Both the position numbers and the translations under genes were made by a program. A stretch of DNA of 64,000 bases from Lytechinus pictus (Eukaryota): positions 5,148,001-5,212,000 of the forward strand of contig NC_087252.1 of NCBI RefSeq assembly GCF_037042905.1, given 5' to 3'. Below the pieces are notes generated by a model. The model searched no databases. It was given only the letters and a program-made list of their open reading frames with translations, and was not told the DNA's origin. The stretch's first letter is position 1; each line of letters opens with the position of its first letter. Shown here in pieces: positions 1 through 12,751 of this stretch.

Positions 1-590
1 GCATTATTATTGTAGGGAGATACCAAAAATCACCCATCCTTTTTCATGATTGACAAACATGAATCGAATGTCCCATTGGGGGATTTGAAATCTCATCTTT
101 TTAGGATGGAATATAAAAAATGTTCAGCTCGCGCTTTGCGCTCGCATTATTATTGTAGGGAGATACCAACAATTACCCATCCTTTTTCATGATTGACAAA
201 CATGAATCGAATATCCCATTGGGGGATTTGAAATCTCATCTTTTTAGGTTGGAATATAAAAAATGTTCAGCTCGCGCTTCGCGCTCGCATTATTTAATCG
301 TTGAAATGTGTATCGTCTTAATGGCTAACTGCAAAACATCCTTAACTGGTCCCTTTTCGACCAGGCCAGAACGAATATTTAACATTTCTGCTCGCGCTTG
401 GCGCTCGTGGTAATTATCTAGTTACATACGCGTCCTGTTCAGGTTCACAAACATTGCCCAAAATGTTCAATTTTCAGGACAAAATACATGAACCTTCATT
501 TTTAGATTACATAGGGCTTAAGAGATTATTACACATTCATGTTGCTTATAAAGTAAAGCTAGGAAATGACTGTTGAAAAAATAGAGAGAA
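1..590 (-). repeat. Fragment of the dispersed GCGAGCGCGAAGCGCGAGC-motif repeat family, with a ~144-bp tandem duplication
   Basis: The motif GCTCGCGCTTCGCGCTCGC recurs, and GCATTATTATTGTAGGGAGATACC occurs at 1 and 145. The same motif fills the hAT-like elements at 31184 and 56151. Confidence 0.6.
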
Positions 591-1586
591 TCAAGACTAA
601 GAAAAAATAGAGAGAAAAGGAAAGGGATTAGGATGAAATATGATATTATTTTCCAAATATTATGTCAAAATCTATCACAACCTTGTATTTTTGTAATAAA
701 AATGTCAGGATATTTTCTTGCTCGCTTCGCTCACTGGCAACTTCTTATTAATTTTATGCGATACACCATATCGAGCCCCCTCGAAATTGTTGGCTCATTA
801 AGGCACTGGGACAACCCCTTCAAAGAAACAAAAAAAAATCAACTTTGAGCGGCCGATCGGGAAAAATATGGGTGAAAAAATGGCCCCTCACCCTATTGGC
901 GGAAGCTGGGTCCGCCCCTGACTTAGGCTTTCAGGATATAATACATGAAAAATCTATTAAAAAAAAGATCGCGCTTCGCGTTCTCATTATTTATTTAGGC
1001 CTTGTGAGATGCCTCAATTTGTTTTTAAGAATGAAATCTCAGATTTTCTTTGACGTCTACCCCCCCCCCATTTCATTTATTTTTTTTAACTCGGTGCCCT
1101 CGCCACCCCCCCCCCCCCCCCGTGCACCCATGCTGAATAAATACGCCACTGATGAGGAGAATTAGTCGATTGCTTCGAGATTGCATTATTCCCAAGAGGT
1201 TATCATTAATATTATTGAAGGGTATTCTAACACAACAGTACAGAAACTACAGCTCCCGTTCACACAATATTCTAGTAGGGCCTACTCTGGTTAGAAGTTA
1301 AACCAAATTGAACCCCCCCCCCAAAAAAAAAAATCACTCGTGCTTCGCGCTCCCATTGATATTACATTATATATTTATGGATTTTTTTTTTTCAAGAACA
1401 CATAAAAAAGTGGTCATTATTTTTTTTAATGTGATTATGAGATAATTCAAAATCCATTTAAGGCACTTAATTTAGCCTTCCCGGGAGGGAGTGGGCGCTT
1501 TTTTTCGAAAAGTACACATATGGGCGCCAAAAATCAGGTCAAATTTGGCCCCCCCCCCTTCCCCACGAAATCCTGGATCCGCGCCT

Positions 1587-2489
1587 GGGTTCTATAACAA
1601 TAACCCAATTAGGGCAGTCACCCCCTGACAACTACTTCAAGGAAAATATTATCCCCATATTTTTACCGCCGGGGACTGATACCCCCCCCCGGAAATTTAC
1701 CCTCCAGACAATTACCCCGGATAATTATCCCTAGTACGGAGCCTTGAAAATGCCATCTTGCCATGTCTTAATTAATCATTGGCGGCGGAAGGCAAAAAAG
1801 ATTAGGGGGGTCCACCTGAAATTTTGGGATGGACACAGGTAAAAAATTTGACAAGCAAGTCAACCAAAATTTATAGGAAGGACCACCAAATTTTTTTGAC
1901 GAAAAAAAAGGTTATCAACCAAAATTAGGGGGGGGGGGACAAAAAGATTTTAGGGGGGGGGGGTCCACCTCAATTTAGGGGGGGGGGACGTAGAAAACAA
2001 ATTGACAAGCAAAAAAAAAGGTTCTCAACTAAAAATCTAGGGGGGACCGTCCCCCACCTCAAATTTAGGGGGGAAAGGTCCCCCCCCCCCGCTTCCGCCG
2101 CCTAAGTAATTAATACGCTTATTATTTCGATATAGCGATATATTCTATTTTGTCAAGTCGATATGTCCACATGGCGAGATATGAAGTGTACAAGTCCCGG
2201 CGAGAATCCCGATATATCGCTATGTTGACATGTAACTTATTTAAGTCGACTTGGCAAGATAAAATATCTCGCCATGTTGACATATAACTTTTTATAAGTG
2301 GCAGGATAACGTATCGCGCCATGTCGTCAAGTCGATGGCATTTTAGAGGCTCCGTATGGCGTCTATAGAGGGTAAATTTCCGGGGGGGGGGGGGGTAACA
2401 GTCCCTGACGATAAAAATATGGGGATAATATTTTCCTTGATGTACATGTCAGGGGGCGATTGTCCTTTGGGTCATCGTTATAGAACCCC
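1587..2489. mobile_element. Three nested MITE-like inverted-repeat elements
   Basis: Outer IR GGGTTCTATAAC.../...GTTATAGAACCC (~1587-1710 vs ~2360-2489). Middle IR TACGGAGCC.../...GGCTCCGTA (~1735/2356). Inner IR GGCGGCGGAAG.../...CTTCCGCCGCC (~1780/2102). Confidence 0.65.
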
Positions 2490-2566
2490 ATGGACTCGTA
2501 TCATTGGCCTTTTGACCTCTTGATGGCATTGGATCTCACTATATCCTGATCATAATTTTACACACA

Positions 2567-2660
2567 CCGCGGACTATCGGACCCGCGGTCTATCGGACCC
2601 GCGGTCTATCGGACCCGCGGACTATCGGACCCGCGGTCTATCGGACCCGCGGTCTATCGG
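2567..2660 (+). repeat. 16-bp tandem repeat (CCGCGGWCTATCGGAC) x6
   Basis: Directly visible; no spacers between units. Confidence 0.9.
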
Positions 2661-3113
2661 GCTGTAACCCTCGAGACTCTGCTGCAGGAACTTCTTTTAT
2701 TTTAAGGATAATTTTTTTAACAGTGCATGGTCCTCCTTAAGTCGCTTTAATACGACACACCAAAGCTATATTACAATTCCAATGTGCAATTTTTGTCAAT
2801 CAGGCCAAGGTTATCACATGGAGCTAGGTCTTTTAATGAACACTATCATTTTTCCTAAGTCACTATGCCATTATTCTAGAATTATTTTATATACATTTAC
2901 TACCAATTCTAACCCTTTTACCATAAAAACCAAAGCGACAATGGAACACCCTCTCAATGACTTAGGACAAAACTGAGTTTTCTTTGATTTGAAAAATAAA
3001 GTTCTCGGCAACAGGGCCGAATTCGTCAGAGAAAAGGAAATAGTTTTCACAGTTTTACCCCAAAAGAATCATCAGAATATAGATCAGTACCCAATTCCCC
3101 CTCCCCTTAGTCC

Positions 3114-3361
3114 TCAATTCACATTAATAGTAGACAAATTATTTATTCCAGCCGTCTTGAGATTGCATTGCCCACTGACATGACTGAGTTTGCGGCCATT
3201 GCATTGAATATATATCGGAGAAGAATGCACACCTATTTTTGCAGAGATTTTCGTTTTCAGGTTGTCCACCGTCATATTCGGGTTCACCAGTAAAGGAAAC
3301 ATGCCTCCGTCGAAACTGCGAATGAGAATCTTCCAGGTATGGCAGTCGATTGTTTCACCTC
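3114..3361 (-). CDS. Ubiquitin-like domain: candidate terminal exon of the Ig-TM gene, or a remnant of a decayed UBL-containing ORF
   Basis: Frame reads GETIDCHTWKILIRSFDGGMFPLLVNPNMTVDNLKTKISAKIGVHSSPIYIQCNGRKL...LKTAGINNLSTINVN*GLRGG, which aligns by eye to ubiquitin from beta-1 to LRGG. It is preceded by a polypyrimidine tract and CAG acceptor in phase 1. Confidence 0.5.
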
Positions 3362-3706
3362 CTGGGAGGAATAAGAGAAGCCGGAAAAATAACGAATTTG
3401 AACATAAATATCACTTTGGGTAACGTTAAAATTAGTTCGTATAGTCCGATAAAATGATCCCTCAAGTACATGTTTGTTTGCATTTATAAAAATACATGCC
3501 GAAGGATTCTGGAAGAAATTGCATTGTTGAGAAATTAGCAATATAATGGCATTAGGGCATGGAACTAGAGTAAGGTTAGGCCGAAGAATATAAAGTCACA
3601 TTTGTTTTCTTCAAATTTATTTCGCAACATTTCCGCACTTCTGGTCGGGCTGGCTCCGATCCTGGCGGGTAAAATCTTTATATCAATTACTGCCGTCACC
3701 CCCATA

Positions 3707-3877
3707 CACTGTAAAAACGCTGTTTAAAATTTAAGCACGTTGTTTAAGCCCTCGCTCTAACAACTTTTGTTTATTTTTTTAAACAACTGCTTAAACTTTT
3801 TAAACAACTTGTTTAAACAGTTTAAACAATTTGTTGTTAGAGTGACAGGCTTAAACAGCATGTTATTTTTTACTGTG
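3707..3877. mobile_element. CACTA/CMC-type MITE
   Basis: TA|CACTGTAAAAA...TTTTTACTGTG|TA; internally palindromic. Relatives at 27358 and 38817. Confidence 0.6.
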
Positions 3878-4976
3878 TATAGGCCACTTCTCCCGCTTTT
3901 CAGCTCATTACTAAAAAAAAAAACATCATTTGAGGGAAAGCAGTTTCCTAATTCTATAAGAGGAAGGTTTAAAATTCGAGTCGTATTAAAAAAAAGTAAA
4001 ATATTTTTATCAAGTTCTATGAAACTTCATGTCATTTCCCTGCACTTTCATATCCCGTCTTGTTTTGCGTCCTCAGTTTGAATTTTTTAATGACACTTAA
4101 AGTTTCTTAATCAGAATGGGTCAAAGAAATTATATATCACCCTTTTTAGAATAAAATTGCAATAAATCACATAAGTTTCAACCTTTTGCGCACTATTGTC
4201 CTTGTAATGAAATTTAAATCAATTGAGTGGACATCGGCTTATTTTTTTATGTTCGTGTCGATTTGTTTAGACGTCATGGGCTCGGGAATATTGCTAAAAT
4301 TATATTGTTCGTTCCCTCATATCCATGGGTCGGGTCGTTTTAGGAGTGGCGCTGCTTTGGAGTGTGGAGTTTTCGTTTAAACCAGAGCAATTTTCGTTTT
4401 TAATAGTCTTTTCTTTTTGCTCAATGCCGATGAATATAGTTCAATTTATTTTTCATTTCCAATTAAAAATCACAATATAAACATTCATAAAAAACGGGCA
4501 AATGTAAGCCATATTCACGTGCATGTATCAAAAAAGTTTTCCACATAAAATATATTTGTATACAATAGGTTTTAAATTTTAAAATTTTAAACAACAGATG
4601 AAGTAGGGAAATTACAAAAACCCCAAAATAGAGTTTGTGTAGATAACCTCCCTTAAAGGAATTTGACAAAATATAATTGATATATTATAAAGATCTAAGA
4701 AACTTATTTGCCCGCAATCAAACACAAAATAAACTAAACCAAAGAAGAAAAAAAATCAAGTTCAAACAATGAAGGGGAACAAACAAAAACCAAACCAAAC
4801 AAACCCTACACAAAAAGGTAAAAAGTGGAAAATAAATCTACACAAATTGAAGATTGATGCTCCTTGATACTTCTTTAAATTAATTCCTAATAGATGTTAT
4901 ATTACTTGGCAGGTCATTCCAAGCTGTTGGTGCTTTGTGACTAAATGAAAATAGCAAATATGATTTTTCCGCAAAC

Positions 4977-5510
4977 ATTCGTAATTCCGAAGCTTCGTTA
5001 TTCCGAAGGTTCGGATATTCCGAAGGTTCGTTATTCCGAAGGTTCGTAATTCCGAAGGTTAGTTAGTCCGAAAACGAAATGAGGTTCGTAATTCCGAAAG
5101 TTCGTTAGTCTGAAAACGAAGTGAGGTTCGTAATTCCGAGGGTTCGTTAATCCGAAGACGAAATGAGGTTCGTAATTCCGATGGTTCGTTAGTTCGCAAA
5201 CTAAATGATTAACGAACCTTATTTCGGTTTCGGACTAACGAACCTTCGGAACAACGAACCTTATTTCGTTTTCGGATTAACGAACCTTCGAAACAACGAA
5301 CCTTAGTTCTTTTTCGGATTAACGAACCTTCGGAACATCGAACCTTATTTCGTTTTCGGATTATCGAACCTTCGGAATAACGAAGCTTCGGAATAACGCG
5401 ACAAATGTTCGGATAAACAAACCCTTTTACGTTTTCGGATTAACGAACATCGAGGTAGAGGCAATTTACGTGTTTTGGAATTACAAACCTTCGGAATTAC
5501 GAAGTATAAC
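4977..5510. repeat. Dispersed repeat made of inverted arrays of TTCCGAAGGTTCG units
   Basis: Forward units at 4977-5200 and reverse units (CGAACCTTCGGAA) at 5210-5500. Further copies at 52655-52790 and 55085-55510. Confidence 0.75.
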
Positions 5511-5624
5511 CAGTTATCATAAATGATAGTTAATTTCATTCCATGTATCATAGTTATGTACTGGGGTATCTAATGAAAGCATGCGATTGAGTAAACAAGG
5601 CAAAAACCAATAGTGTAACATTAA

Positions 5625-6227
5625 AGGGGAATCCAGCCTTTGCCATAAAATGTTGTGTTGGGAAAGAGAAAAATGAATTAAACAGAATGGTGAAAATTTG
5701 AAAGAAATTGGACAAGCACCAAGAAAGTAATAGCTGCTTTAAAATTGAGATCACTAATAGTATGTAGATTTCAAATTGGCAACTGGGTAAGTAAATTATG
5801 ACAAGAGGCAAGAGGCAAGAGACAACTTTCCTATAGGCCATGTACTTCGTTATCAGGGATTTGTGGTTTTCCCCTAAGTACCCATACCCCTGAGGCAGTA
5901 ATCTGAATATAACCCAGGTAGTATATAGTTTTATGTCCTCATGAAAGAAAAATATAATTTGAAATAAAACTTTTGGGAAAAATGACATTTTAGCCATAAT
6001 ATGTATTGGAATACATGGAAGAGTAGTCCTTGCCTTACATCACTATGACATCCCATATGTGGCCAATTTGAAGTTTCCATGGGTATAGTGACTACCAATA
6101 TTTACAACTTTTAAAAATTCATAACTTTCTTGTTGTTTGTCCAATATTGTTCAAACTATCACCTATCAACTTGTCTGATTTTTGTTTTCCTTATAAAAAC
6201 AAGTTTTTGTTTGGGTTGGGTTCCCCT
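5625..6227. mobile_element. Kolobok-like non-autonomous element
   Basis: TTAA|AGGGGAATCC...GGGTTCCCCT|TTAA: TTAA TSD and AGG termini. Confidence 0.7.
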
Positions 6228-7297
6228 TTAAGTAAGTTTATATCAGACCCTAAATTTTTTAAAGATCAAGTCTAACCAAAAATAAATGTTGATTTGAATG
6301 AAAAGTGAAAAAGCGTACTGCTGTAAATTTCATCAAAATTCGATGTGAAATAGACATGTTAAAGTTTTGCTTGTTTTTTTCTTTAAAAAAAAGTTATACG
6401 CACAACTCATTCACATGCTTTGAATTATACACTGTTACAGATGTGGCAATAGGAACACTACTAAACTATCAAATTTCAAAACGATGGTAATTCCTCATGA
6501 TTAGTGAGAAATAAAACGTCGTTTCTCTGCACAGTGAGGAGAAAATTCGAATATTTCATATATCCCATTTCCCCTCCTCACCAGCGATAGGTTATACATT
6601 GGGAATCATAACGTACAATCTGGACTAACATGATCATGGCTGCTGTTCGGTATAAGCTTGTCTGAAGACTCCTCCCCAAGCATAATTTTCAAGTGGACTA
6701 CCTCGAAAATATGCTAATGACAAAAATAAATGAAGGTAATTTATTTCCCCGAAATGACCGCCCTGTATTATTAGCATTGTTAATTTATATATAGCTTACA
6801 AGGGGGGGGGGGGGGGGGGCTTGGGTCCAGCTTTATGTCGTCAAAGTTCCACAACCAATCCAAAAGGAAAACAAGGAGAAAAATAAAGGAAATAAGACAT
6901 GTAAAAAAGAAATAGAGGGGAGGGGGGGGGGGGTTATATTGCGGGTTTTATTGTTATGCGTCGATCTATCAAAATTACATTCTAAAAAGGTCAAAATTTC
7001 TGCTCAATCTTTTTCGCTCATTTCGCCACAGAACACGTTAATGCAATGTATGAGGTATGGACTGAATACATTGCCTTTAATATGGTAACCCATTTGCATG
7101 TCTTATGTAAATTTACATATTACATCATTTGCATGTCACTGAGGTGTGCATATAACTATTTTGTGAAAAATAAGCGAAACTTTAAAATGCCATAACTTTC
7201 TTATTTTACATCCGACTTTGATGAAATTTTCAGCTTATGCTAGTTTGATTTTTCTCTATTTATTCAAATCAACAATTTCTGGGATGGACGTGACCTT

Positions 7298-7720
7298 TAA
7301 TCGCGACGATTTCATGTACAAAAATACTACTGGATGTACCAAATTTCGGACAACCTACCCCGTGCATACCTACATTATTATCATAATTTACTTCAGTCAC
7401 TAGGCTCGCTGCGTCAAATTGTAGACGATCGAGGGGCATTTTCGAGGGTGCCTGGATGCTTAACGTGCCCCCCTGAGCCATTAAATGTGGCCCCTGAAAT
7501 ATGTTTAAACCCGATTGTGAGTCAAGAAATATCAGCTGTGGCACCTCGGTCGGGTAAGGCCTCCAGGAACCCTCCGAAATGCCCCTCGATCGTCTACAAT
7601 TTGACGCAGCGAGCTTAGTGACTGAAGTAAATTATGATAATAATTTAGGTATGCACGGGGTAGGTTGTCCGAAACTTGGCACATCCAGTAGTATTTTTGT
7701 ACATGAAATCGTCGCGATTA
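7298..7720. mobile_element. MITE with ~170-bp TIRs, lying between two opposed Kolobok-like ends
   Basis: TAATCGCGACGATTTCATGTAC.../...GTACATGAAATCGTCGCGATTA. The flanks (7133-7297 and 7722-7889) match the termini of the element at 56828-57421. Confidence 0.7.
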
Positions 7721-8491
7721 CAAATCAAGTCAATCCCAGAAAAATTTTGATTTGAAATAAATAGAGAAAAATCAAATTAGCATAACGCTGAAAATTTCAT
7801 AAAAAACGGAGGTAAAATAAGAAATTTATGGCATTTTAAAGTTTCGCTTATTTTTCACAAAGTAGTTATATGCACATCTCAGTGACATGTAAATGAGACA
7901 GTCGATGATGTCCATCACTCACTATTTCTTTTGTTTCTTAATGTTTGAATTATACAATTGTTACAGTTTGGTAACAAGGACCAACTTGACTGCACAATAT
8001 AGTATTAAATAATGCTAATTCCACATGTTCTGGGAGGATTAATCGTTGTTTCACTTGACAATGAGAAAATTTGAAGATTTCATAAAATAAAAGACAAAAG
8101 AAATAGTGAGTGGATGACGTCATCAGTTTCCTCATTTGCATACCGACCATTACTTCCTTATTTTACATCCGATTTTGATGAAATGTTTAGTGTTATGCTT
8201 GTTAATTTTTTCCTCTCTTTATTCAAATAAACTTTCCATTTCAGACTTTCAACAGCAAATTGAGGCAAAATATAGAATAACATATTGTATTGGAAAGAGA
8301 GCCAGCTGGGAAGCACTAAATAGTTTTTGAATTTAACTTCAATTCCATTGAAGAAAAAAAATGGTTCAATTGTCTTCCAGAAAATTATATTTATGCCTTC
8401 GTCTTTTATTGTTGATCTTTATGATAAATATCTTCAATTTGTGATTGAGGGGTCTTTGATATCATATTCTGATTTGAAGACAGTGTCTTAC

Positions 8492-8641
8492 CTTGAGTGT
8501 ACAGCATCTCAACCTGATCATTTATAATCTTCTGCCAGTTTGATTCGATCTCAAGTTTTTCCTTTTCAAATAAAGCTCGATCTTCCTTTCTTTCGTTTTC
8601 CAATGATTCAATTTTCTGACTGAGTGTTGTCATGGCAAGCT
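8492..8641 (-). CDS. Ig-TM gene exon 6 of 6 identified: cytoplasmic coiled-coil, copy B
   Basis: AG|...|GTAAG, 150 nt, phase 1-1. ELAMTTLSQKIESLENERKEDRALFEKEKLEIESNWQKIINDQVEMLYTQ. Confidence 0.75.
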
Positions 8642-8859
8642 CTGTATCACGAAACGATAAAGGATGTAAGTGATATTTTAGCGTTTTCACAATTTTATTT
8701 TTTTGGAGGGAGGGGGGGGGGGGATAATTTCTTCATACATTGTGATATCAATGCGCATATTGTAAATCATGAGCAGTATAGGATGCACATGTTCAGAAGA
8801 ACATCCTTTTAGACCTTTTAGACCAGCCATGGATTAAGAAATCTGGGGTGAAGGATGAT

Positions 8860-9430
8860 AATATAACTCACTTTATACGAGTTAGCTTTATCGAAATTTT
8901 GTTTCATGAATTGAATTTTATTGAATTTATTGATAAAGTCACCACTTCCATTAATAAAGGTTCTCATACTGTCGTTATTTACCTGGACTTCTCCAGGGCC
9001 TCCGATACTATCAATCATGAAATTATCATACATAAACTTTGTCATTATGGAGTAAGATGAAAGGCCTTGGAGTGGTTCATGAGTTACCTCACGCACCAAT
9101 TTGCATTAGTAAATAATAGCAATTCGTCTACCATGTCTACTTTCCCAATAAGTTGTGGTGTCTCACAGGGTTGGATAGCCTTCTCGGTCAACTTATTTTT
9201 ATTACTTATATTACTGATTCAATGATATTCAAAATACATCAAATTTCCTCTGTTTTATGATTTTCGATGACTACTTAAATAATTTATTTTCTTTTCCCGT
9301 GATGGGGTTAACCAACTCGTTAGGATTGTAAATTTTGAAGTAACAAATGACACAGACTCGATCAAGGCCAACAAACTTTTACTTGATCACCAGAAGACAA
9401 ATTACATGTTCTTTAGTCACAAAATCAATA
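8860..9430 (+). mobile_element. Decayed CR1/L2-group LINE reverse-transcriptase fragment
   Basis: [38 protein letters not shown], then CGVSQG and KANKLLL..KTNYMFF, with stops and frameshifts. Confidence 0.8.
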
Positions 9431-9615
9431 TCAAAACATGTTTGACGTTGTAAAGAGTCTATAAACATGGCTCGAATTTTCCATACGTATTCATTTGGTA
9501 ACGTTATTCCCAAATCAACTGCTGAGAGGAGACGTGGGATAATTATCATAGAATAACTATTTACATTACGTGATTAATAGGTGTTTCATATTCTGATTTG
9601 AAGAAAGTGTCTCAC

Positions 9616-9765
9616 CTTGAGTTTTCAGCTTCTCGACCTGACCATGTAAAATCTTTTGCCACTTTGATTCGATCTCACGTTTTTCCTCTTCAAACGAAGC
9701 TTGATCTTCCTTTCTTACGTTTTCTAATGCTTCAATTTTCTGACTGAGTTTTATCGCGGTTAGCT
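9616..9765 (-). CDS. Ig-TM gene exon 5: cytoplasmic coiled-coil, copy A
   Basis: TTACAG|...|GTGAG, 150 nt, phase 1-1. ELTAIKLSQKIEALENVRKEDQASFEEEKREIESKWQKILHGQVEKLKTQ. Confidence 0.8.
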
Positions 9766-10244
9766 CTGTAACAAGAAACAAGAAGGATAAGAGCTATAAT
9801 TTTTGGTTTTCCCTACTTTTTTGGGTGTAAAATCAAATAATTGTGTCGTTTACCCGAGGGGCCTTAACCATGCAGTTATCTTAACTCCGTAGTTAAGTTA
9901 ACAACTTGTTTATACCCTTGTATATTAGGTAACCCAAATAATTATTGTTGCAAAACCAAGACTCATGTGGACAAGCAATGTTATAGAGGGTTTAAGACGA
10001 GCACATAATTCGTCATTTGAATGCTGAATTGTAATGCTTAAATTAATGATGCTAGAATTATCTTCCGTTCACACGACTGAGGTGGCTTTGCAGTTATACG
10101 TTTCACACCGACAAGAGGAGTGGCTTCTTTTGGGTACCAAATCAATCACTCGTGCATAGCCAAAATGGCCAACCGAACAGAAAATAACACATTTTTTTGA
10201 AATGGTTGAAAGGTCACCGTAAAATCCGCCCCAGAATGACGTTT

Positions 10245-10790
10245 ATACCCTTTTTACACAGGATTTTCTTATCCCCGGACTATCGCTAACCCCGTACTAT
10301 CCTTAACCCCGTACTATTTTTTTTCCTTTTCACACATGCCAAATTGTTATTTCTATCCCCGGATAAGGAATGCTTGCTTTTCACACACGAAACTCGCTAA
10401 CCCCGGACTAGTGGTTTTTGTCGATCATTCGTAGTCCAAGTACTTCACTCGTACCTTTTTTACACACGCTAAAATTTCCTTAACCCCGTACTATAGGTGG
10501 GGCCAAATTGCCATATAGCCCCACCTATAGTACGGGGTTAAGCTTAGCCCACTTTCGTTTTACACTAGCGATCTTAACCCCGTACTATCGCTCTTAGCAC
10601 CGCAATTGCTGGGATAACCCTGCTTTTTTGCAGGGCCAAATAATCCCGTACTAAAGGTGGGGTTAGCCCACTTTGCAAAAATGCTGTGTAAAAAGAAAGT
10701 GGGCTAAGCTTAACCCCGTACTATAGGTGGGGCTAAATAGCAATTTAGCCCCACCTATAGTACGGGGTTAAGGAAATTTTAGCGTGTGTA
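10245..10790. repeat. MITE-like repeat with multiple AACCCCGTACTAT units and internal palindromes
   Basis: Hairpin TTAACCCCGTACTATAGGTGGGG...CCCCACCTATAGTACGGGGTTAA at ~10480-10541 and again at ~10710-10771. Confidence 0.6.
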
Positions 10791-11711
10791 ACGTTTAGAA
10801 GGTCAAAGCATTCACGCGGCTGTTTCGCTACGTCAATCCAGGCGCGTAGCCTGGGGGGGGGGGGGCGGTCGCCCCCCAAAAACGTCCCAAAAAAGAAAAA
10901 AAAAAGAAGGGAAAAAAGAGAGGAGAAAAGGAAAAGCGAAGGGATGAAATGGGGGAAAGGTAGCTTTATGGGTTTTTCTTTTTATTCTTTATTTTTTCTC
11001 AAAAGAGAAACTCCTACACTCTTGCTTTAATATATGAAAATATATCAAAATGACTGAAGGTTAATAACCATTATCAAAACTTTTACCTTTTTGATCCGTC
11101 AAGGGTTGTGATTCTATATCGCCAAGTGGTGCTGGCTTTTGAATTTTCACAGCTGTAAATTAGATAAGTAAAAAAAGTATCATACTTCCTCCATATTTTT
11201 CATCGAATGAAATTTTGTACGCTACAAATCGTATGCAATTAATGATTACTGACAGAGTTAGAGGCAAATAGTAACATAGTTCTATGGTTTAATATCGAAG
11301 TCTCGAGTAAAAGGGTAATCGAATCTAAAATCAAATTATTTTACAAAGTGTGAAATAAATTAGGTAACATGAACAAATCTTCTATGAGAATATCATAGCA
11401 ACATGATTTTTTCTCGTTCCTTCTGACAAACTGCACAAGTAGGCTGAAATCAAAATACCTTAATAAATCAATGTTTTGGTTACAATCATTTTGTATCATA
11501 TGACACATTTAATACATATATTTTTTAAATATTAATAATATTACTAACTGATTATAATAGGATTATGACTATTAAGTCTACCGATGATAGTCAATAATGT
11601 GTAGATCATTATAATGAAATACATCATCATTCATAGACGATTTCCTTCTCTAAAACTAGGTATTTATTAGATAAAGAACTGCAAAGAAAAAAACAAAACC
11701 CAGATATATAC

Positions 11712-11837
11712 CTCCTAATGGACCAGGGACTCCACATTTTTTGTAATATATCAGGCATGACACCAATAGGATAAGTAGAATGACAATAATAACGATGCTG
11801 GTGATAAGACCTCCGCTGATCCCACGATCATGAGAAA
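11712..11837 (-). CDS. Ig-TM gene exon 4: transmembrane helix
   Basis: CCCTCAG|...|GTATAT, 126 nt, phase 1-1. VSHDRGISGGLITSIVIVILLILLVSCLIYYKKCGVPGPLG: hydrophobic span followed by a KK stop-transfer. Confidence 0.85.
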
Positions 11838-12642
11838 CTGAGGGAACATAGAGATAAATATAAAGGTAAAGTGATAAATGGAAGGAAACATCGATATCAT
11901 ATACATTTTTCTTGTTATTCAATAAGTCGGGTTTATAGGTAGCCTTTATTTCAGGAGATATGTATTGATTGAATTAATTAGATGAGCCAGCGTCTATGAA
12001 TGTTTTCGACGAAAATATGGCGCGATATAAATGATCTGGATCATCATTATGCTACTTATCTTTCGTAACGACAAACAGTGGCGTATAAATGGGGGAGGGG
12101 GCGCTTGCCCCCATCTTTTCAGGAGAAAAAGAGAAAAAGGAAACATAGAGTAACAGAAGGGAAGGGAAAGAAAAAAGGAAATGGGGAAGGGAAAATATGA
12201 TATTATTTTCTGAATATTATGTCAAAATCTATCACAATTTTTCACAAGATATTTGTACTAAAAATGTCAAAAGTTTTGCTCACTCGCAACTACTTTTACT
12301 GTATGAATAATAATACATTTTGGCTATTTTTTCCTATCTTTTTATTCTTTTATTTATTCATTTATTATTATTTTTTTTGGTTGGGGGGGGGGGGGAACAC
12401 TGGTTTTTGAAGAAAAAAAACCCGATAAAACTTGATTGATTGAAATAGACATTATCCACGACAATTATAATAAGAAAAATACATCTCAAAGCTCATAGAA
12501 ACAAACCTTATGAATAGTAATGCGATTAGAAATTGTACGCAAATTTTTGTATTCTAATTTTTATGCCCGAAGCGCGCCATGAATTTTCGTAGTTTGTCAA
12601 TTTCCCCCCATCCAAAATATGGATCGACGCCCATGTGCCTAC

Positions 12643-12751
12643 CTGTTGTAAAATCACCCTCAATTATAGTAATTTTCATTGACGAGGTTCCTTTCACGGC
12701 ATCTCCATTAGCTTCACAGGTATACTGTTTATCAAAATCAGCCTTAGTAAC
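12643..12751 (-). CDS. Ig-TM gene exon 3: C-terminal part of the second Ig domain
   Basis: TTGACAG|...|GTAGG, 109 nt, phase 0-1. VTKADFDKQYTCEANGDAVKGTSSMKITIIEGDFTT contains the Ig Y-x-C motif. Missed by the ORF track. Confidence 0.85.

Noticed and set aside
5554..5997. 147-aa hydrophobic ORF
   Set aside because: Lies largely within a Kolobok-like MITE, with no domain or exon support.
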